Assembly: GCA_013265495.1 (NCBI GenBank)
Contig: MU058868.1
Coordinates: 2,287,553 to 2,351,552 of the forward strand
Direction: 5' to 3'
Source: Vicugna vicugna
Lineage: Eukaryota
Length of the DNA stretch: 64,000 nt
Position numbers and translations under genes: made by a program. The notes under the pieces were generated by a model. It was given only the letters and a program-made list of their open reading frames with translations, had not been told where the DNA came from and searched no databases. Positions 58,790-64,000 of this stretch are shown here, in pieces (position 1 is the stretch's first letter; every line of letters begins with the position of its first letter).

Positions 58790-58930
58790 GCGCTCTGAGT
58801 GTTTCCTTCTCACGATTCTGCCCAGTGTGGGTGGCTAGTCCCACTTTACGGATGAGAAAACTGAGCTCCAGAGAGGGGCTGATGTGATGAGAAGCTGCCT
58901 CGTAGCCAGATGCTATTCGCATTACTGGCC
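58790..58930 (-). mobile_element. MIR SINE remnant
   Basis: cccactttacggatgagaaaactgagctccagagagg. Confidence 0.7.
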
Positions 58931-59769
58931 CCACCTTGCTGAGTCCCCAGCAAGCCCTCCACACAGATGTTTATCAGCCTCATTTTACGTATGAGAAAAC
59001 CAAGTCTTCCGGGTTCTTCTGCATCACTTTTCCACCATGAACAGCCTTGAGATTAAGCGTTAAGCCGACAGGGTCAGACAGAGCCCAGGAACAGCACATC
59101 TCTGACCACGCTGCCTTATTTCTGACGTAATCCCCCCCTGGAACCTCAGCTGCTACGTAAGAACCACCGCATCCGCACCCCCTGGTGTTGTGAACAAGGC
59201 GCTGGCTTTGTTTTTCGCTCTGTCGTCTGAGAAAAGATTCCAAGAGATCAAGCCACTTTTAAAGACCGCCCCACCCAGGATAGAAAATGCCAAAATGTTT
59301 GTGGTCGAAAATAAGTTAGCTACCCGCTTCCTCGAGTGTGCTGCCATCGCAAATCGAGTTGAAAGCCAACTCAGTCCTCTTTTAATTGGTTCAGATGAAG
59401 CTGTTACTCGAAATCGGATTGTTGTTGTTGCTTCCACAAGGATTCAAGTAGGAGGCAAAGCAACGCAGTGACTCTCGCTCAGTAAGCGGCCGGCCCCAGG
59501 CCTCGCGGCCGGGGTGGGGGTGGGGCCTGCCCATCACAGGCGTGGGTGACTTGCAAACATGCCTGGCGTGGCAGGAAGTGACAGTTGATCAACAATGCCT
59601 GGTTGCCCAGGGCTGTCGTTCTGGGTCTGGTCCCACGGACACATCTTTATGAGAGATGACCTCAGGTCGATCGCTGCAGTGCCCAGAGCAAGGTAGGTGT
59701 CCCTGGGAGGTCTGAGGCTGAGCACGCAATGTGACATCCTCCTCCTCGGGGCGCCGATTGATCTTGGAA

Positions 59770-59900
59770 CTTGATTGAACTGTGTGACCCCTGAGCCTCA
59801 GTTTCTTTCTCTGGAAAGTGGGCCCATGCCACAGTGTCTACCCTCTTACCTCCCACGGCTTCTGTGGAGAGCCAGTGAGGACCCAGAGACCCTCGTGACA
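59770..59900 (+). mobile_element. MIR SINE remnant
   Basis: ctgtgtgacccctgagcctcagtttctttctctggaaagtggg. Confidence 0.65.
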
Positions 59901-60214
59901 ACTGTGCCGCCCAGGAGTCGAGGGCCTGTGCTTGGCCAGGCAGTTCCCACAGAGCTTCCCACTGGGCTCCGGGGGCACTGGCCACTGCGGGTGGGGAGGG
60001 GCCTCAGGAGCCCTGGGTACAGGGCTGGGGGTGGCAGGTTCACAGGCCCTCATCTCCGGTGGTGGGATCAGCCCCTCGGCAGCTGGGAGGGGCCCTGGAC
60101 AGCCTGATGACAGGGGCTCCAGTCCTGTCCCAGGACTGGAGGACAGGAGAGGGTGTTCTGGATGGGCCACTGGCCTCTTCCAGGGAGCTCAAAGCATTCA
60201 GAGACCACCTGGAT

Positions 60215-60300
60215 CCATTTTACTGCTGGGGAAACTGAGGCTCAGAGAGGATCAAGCACTGGTCTGTGGCTACCCATCCACTCAGGGGCAGAGTCCAGGG
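60215..60300 (-). mobile_element. MIR SINE remnant
   Basis: ccattttactgctggggaaactgaggctcagagagg. Confidence 0.65.
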
Positions 60301-60992
60301 GTGGTCCTCCCAGCTGCCCTTGTCGGCTCCCTAAATAATCAGAATTTCACAGAGGTGAGCACAGTGGGGCTTGGAGGGGCAGCCTGCCTGAACTTTACTG
60401 TGCCCTCCGAGTCTGGGGGCGTGAAGCCACAGCAGGAGGACGAGGGCAGAACAGCATAGGAATCTAGGGTCCCACGTCCCAGCCCCCAGTCTCCCCACCA
60501 GGGGTCGCTGGTCCCCTCCCTCCTACATGCCTCCAGTGACGTGCCCCTTACTGCTTCCCTGAGACAACCCAGTCCTTGTAAGCACTGCCCTGACTTTCAG
60601 GAGTTTTCCATTTAATGGGCTGTCCATCTGGGGAGTTTTCCATTTCAGGGGGAATCTGCCTCCCTGAACTTTCCACCCCAGACCTTAGGATAAAGTCCCA
60701 AGGGGATCTCGTGGGCTAGCAGAAAGTCAGCCAAACCCGCACACGTCTCCCCCTCCCTCCCCACCTGCTTTCTTTACCCCTGTGTTTGTGCCCACGCGGT
60801 GGCTGGAGCTGGCCTGGAAAGCAGGGCAGAGCCCACGGCGCTACCTCCCACAAAACCACCATGGAGCACGCAGTCTGTCGGGAGACCAGGGTCGTGACCT
60901 TGGGGAGGAGCTGGCTTGTCTGTCAACAGGCTCAACGCCAGACAGCTGACCAGCAGGAGGGGACAGGTGACCGAGAGCCCTGAGGAAGCCCT

Positions 60993-61080
60993 GAGCTGGG
61001 GTCCCCTGGGCGTCAGAGGTGGGGTCACCTGAGCATCAGAGCTGGGGTTCCCTGGGGGTCAGAGATGGACTCACCAGGAG
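60993..61080. repeat. Imperfect 46-bp tandem duplication
   Basis: gagctggggtcccctgggcgtcagaggtggggtcacc versus gagctggggttccctgggggtcagagatggactcacc. Confidence 0.85.
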
Positions 61081-61684
61081 GCAGAACTGACTACATAATT
61101 TGCGGGTTTGGCACAAAATACTGATGGGTGGCCCGGGCTGGCAGTGGGGAGGCCACCTCTCAAGGAATTGGGACGTCAAAGTTTTGTGTGCTCGGTGCCT
61201 GGATCGGGGCAGGCAGGAGCCACCTGGGGCAGGGTGACCACACCTTGCCCACCCTGAGGTGCTGCTGGATGCTGACCCTCCTGGTGTCCCCATCCAGAGC
61301 CCCTCCAGGGGTGGAGGGTGGCAGGGTGGGGGCGGCGAGCTGGCAGCCTAGAGCCCCTCCTAGGGAGACCAGGGGAGGGGGGCCCACAGCGCCCGGAGCC
61401 TCCGTGACCCCAGCAGATTTCACACATGTCAAAGATGATTGTTAAAACTTTCAAGACGGGGCCGCAGAGCGTTGATGCCCCCTGCCCAGCTCAGCCCTTT
61501 GGGGGCCCCCAAGCTCAGGGCCCGGTGGGCTGGCGCTGGTCACACGGTGGGAGCCTTACGGGGCTTTACTCTGAAGACGACAGAACATCCAGGTCTGACA
61601 CTAGTTCCAGCGAGACTGTCTCAAATGACCCAGATCTGTGAGGTGCCGCAGTCACCTCCGCCTCTGTGCTCTGGCTGAGGTCAG

Positions 61685-61830
61685 AGCACTCATTCATTCG
61701 TTCATTTGTTCTTTCACTGGCCCATCTGGGCATGCATTTCACTCCTTCAGGAAGCATTTACGCAGCATTTATGCAGCATCTGCTGCACACGTGGGGGAAA
61801 CAGAACAACGAGGGCCTACAAGAATTTAAT
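61685..61830 (-). mobile_element. L2 3' end with (CATT)n tail
   Basis: cattcattcgttcatttg...gaagcatttacgcagcatttatgcagcatctgctgcac. Confidence 0.5.
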
Positions 61831-61905
61831 GCCCTCCTACAATTACTGTTGTCATTATGGCAAAAAAAAAAATACACTGATGACCTTTTTTCATGATTTA
61901 AAAAA

Positions 61906-62039
61906 ATTTTTTAAATTTACTTTTTATTTTTGGAGGGAGGAAATTAGGTTTATTTATTTATTTTAATGGAGGCACTGGGGATTGAACTCAGGGCCTTATG
62001 CCTGCTAAGCGGGCGCTCTACCCCTGAGCTGTACCCTCC
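61906..62039 (-). mobile_element. tRNA-derived SINE (camelid Vic-1-like), second copy
   Basis: Minus strand reads ggagggtacagctcaggggtagagcg...gagttcaatccccagtgcctccattaaaataaataaataaacctaatt. Same architecture as the 32.4 kb copy. Confidence 0.85.
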
Positions 62040-62344
62040 GGATCTCTGATAATCATGCCTTTAAAAACATCCATTGAAAACCCCGAGCTCGTCAGGCACC
62101 AGGTTAGCAAAACAGAGAAACAGCCCTGCCCCGTGGAATCTGCAGCCTCTGGGGAGGACAGGCAGTGGCCACAAACCCACACGAGCAAATAAAATGTTGT
62201 GAACTGTGGTGTGCTGTGTGCCAGCGCCCTGACCCTGGGGCGAGCGGAGGGGCGGGGGAGGCGGGCAGAGCAGCCTCCCCTCGGCGTGTCCCCTTGGGCC
62301 ACAGTCTCATCTGTAGCTGGGCAGCTGGAGCAGGGGCTCTGGGT

Positions 62345-62722
62345 TAGCCCTGAGTCGGTGTCGCGGGGCCGCGTAGCACGGTACCACAGATGAGGGCCCG
62401 CACAGCTGAGCCGTGCCCCTCCCCGGCCTAGAGGCTGCCAGTCTGAGCTCAGGGGGTCCGCAGGGTGGGCTTCTCCTGAGGCCTCTCTCCCGGGCTGTAG
62501 ACGGCCTCCTCTCCGTGCGTCCTCACGTGGTCGTCCCTCTCTGTGCCCTGACCTCCTCTTCGTATCGGGACATCAGGCAGATCGGTGGGGCTCACCCTGA
62601 AGAGCTCGTTTTACCTTAACTACCTCTGGCAAGGCCTCCTCTCCACAGGCAGTCGTGTTCTGAGGGGCTGGGGGCTGGGGCTTCGACATATGAACTTGGT
62701 GGGATGCAGCTCAGCCTGTGAC
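62345..62722 (-). mobile_element. MaLR solo LTR (MLT1B-like)
   Basis: gtcctcacgtgg...ttttaccttaactacctc...ggggcttcgacatatgaacttgg...tcagcctgtgaca. Confidence 0.8.
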
Positions 62723-62999
62723 ACCTCCTGTGACCACATCCAGGCCGCACACATGGCCACGCGTCCTCACTCTCCTGGCTGGGTTTCCCGACTTGAGCCC
62801 AAGGACCGTCTAGCGCCTGTGTCCCGGGATCCACAGAAAGTTCTGGAAGAACGCCCGGTGCTCGGTCAGCCCCCAGCGGGGCCTGGGCTCCCTGGACGGA
62901 TGCTCTCAGCCCACACAGCAGCCTGAGGGGGTGGGGAGGGGGCTCAGGAACTGACCCCTCTGTGTGGAGCTGGACTCTCCAGCCTGTCACCTCTGTGAC

Positions 63000-63230
63000 C
63001 CCTGGGCAGTTAAAAAAATGTTTACAACAGCTTTATTCATGATGGTCAAAAGACTGGAAACAATTCAAAAATCCACCCGCTGGGTAAATATACTGCGGTG
63101 CATCCAGGCAGCGGAAAACCACTCAGAGGGACCAAGGAGCGAGCCAGGACGTCTCAAACGCGCTGCGTAGGTGAAGGAAGCCTCACTCAAAGGCCACATG
63201 CTCGAGGGCTCCATTTACATGAGTTTTTAG
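63000..63230 (+). mobile_element. L1ME-like fragment
   Basis: aatgtttacaacagctttattcatgatggtcaaaagactggaaacaattcaaaaatcca...ggctccatttacatgag. Confidence 0.7.
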
Positions 63231-63234
63231 GAAC

Positions 63235-63310
63235 AGATTTTAAATTTTAGAGCAGTTTTAGGTTCACAGCACAACCGATCAGACAGTACAGAGTTCCCAC
63301 ATGCCCCTTG
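63235..63310 (-). mobile_element. L1M 3' terminal fragment
   Basis: ttttagagcagttttaggttcacagcacaaccgatcagacagtacagagttcccacatgcccc. Confidence 0.7.
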
Positions 63311-64000
63311 GGCATCAGGTGCTGGTTGCCCACCTGTCAGTGGAGGTGTGGATGTGGCTCCAGCAGGGAGGCTGGGACCTGACCAGGTCTGGGTGGCAGA
63401 GAGCGATGCAAAGTGGCCAGCGCCCTGCCCGGGGCAAGGATGATCCTGTGGATGGGCACGTAGTGGAGGAGGCTGGCTGGCTGGCCCACAGGGCTCGCGC
63501 ATGGTGGGGGAGACTGGCTCCCGAGGGTTCTGGAAAGGTGCCCCACCCCAGCCAGCTTGCTCAGAGCCCAGGAGGACGGAAGGACCGTCCAGGCCTCTCT
63601 GGACTCCTGGAGGCCCATCATTTGCTGTAATGATGGAAAACTACTAGCTTGTCCTTGAGGCTCCAGCGAGAGCCGGGCTCTTATCTCCCATCAGCGAGTG
63701 AAGCGGGGAGACTCCGCGGCCGGGCGGAAGCCAGGAGAGCTGGCGGGAAGGTGGGGCCCTTTCTGCTCCTGGGGAGCCAGGGCGGGGCTGCTGCACATGT
63801 CCCCCGGTGGCCACCAACGTCCATAAGGGCTAGTCTCTTTCTGGTCCCCACCCAGCTCGGCTGGGGACAGAGGCCAGGGGCATGGGACGGCCTATACTCA
63901 GGGATGGAGCTCAAGCCCTGACTGTCACCTCCTGCTGTGTGACCTCAGTACCTTCCTTCAGCTCCCTGAATGAGACTCTCCAACAGGGGTGTTTCTTCAG

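Noticed and set aside
54200-64000. HMX1 ear-development enhancer (dumbo rat, crop-ear cattle) or HMX1 exons
   Set aside because: No homeodomain coding sequence is seen. As I recall, that enhancer lies on the far (CPZ) side of HMX1, outside this window.
1-64000. CRISPR array, rRNA genes, intact transposase/RT or prokaryote-type systems
   Set aside because: No repeat-spacer arrays, rRNA motifs or intact mobile-element ORFs are visible. The DNA is clearly mammalian.

Overview
GC-rich mammalian genomic DNA, most likely from a camelid: it has two Vic-1-like tRNA-derived SINEs and a cetartiodactyl-type L1 3' end. The only gene I can identify is the intronless alpha-2C adrenergic receptor, ADRA2C (+, 52204-53589, 461 aa). 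It sits in a CpG island, with a 24-codon uORF upstream and a polyA signal at 54120. Two N-runs hide TM2-TM4 and TM6-TM7; both flanking intervals match the recalled human protein length exactly. The ~51 kb upstream and ~10 kb downstream are gene-poor. They hold old eutherian repeats (MLT1, MLT2, LTR16, MER20, MER5A, MIR, L2, L1M, HAL1), simple repeats, several AT-rich motif-dense islands that look like conserved non-coding elements, and an orphan CpG island at ~23.4-24.1 kb. I found no CRISPR array, rRNA gene or true tRNA gene, and I see no convincing novel multi-gene system. The best leads are: two candidate unannotated spliced transcripts; a (GCG)7 extension of the receptor's N-terminal trafficking signal; clustered cAMP/bZIP and TonE-like motifs around ADRA2C; an inverted MLT2 fusion; and strong AT-to-GC drift in old LINEs. 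Repeat family names and human/mouse comparisons come from recalled consensus and protein sequences, not from searches. Repeat boundaries are approximate.
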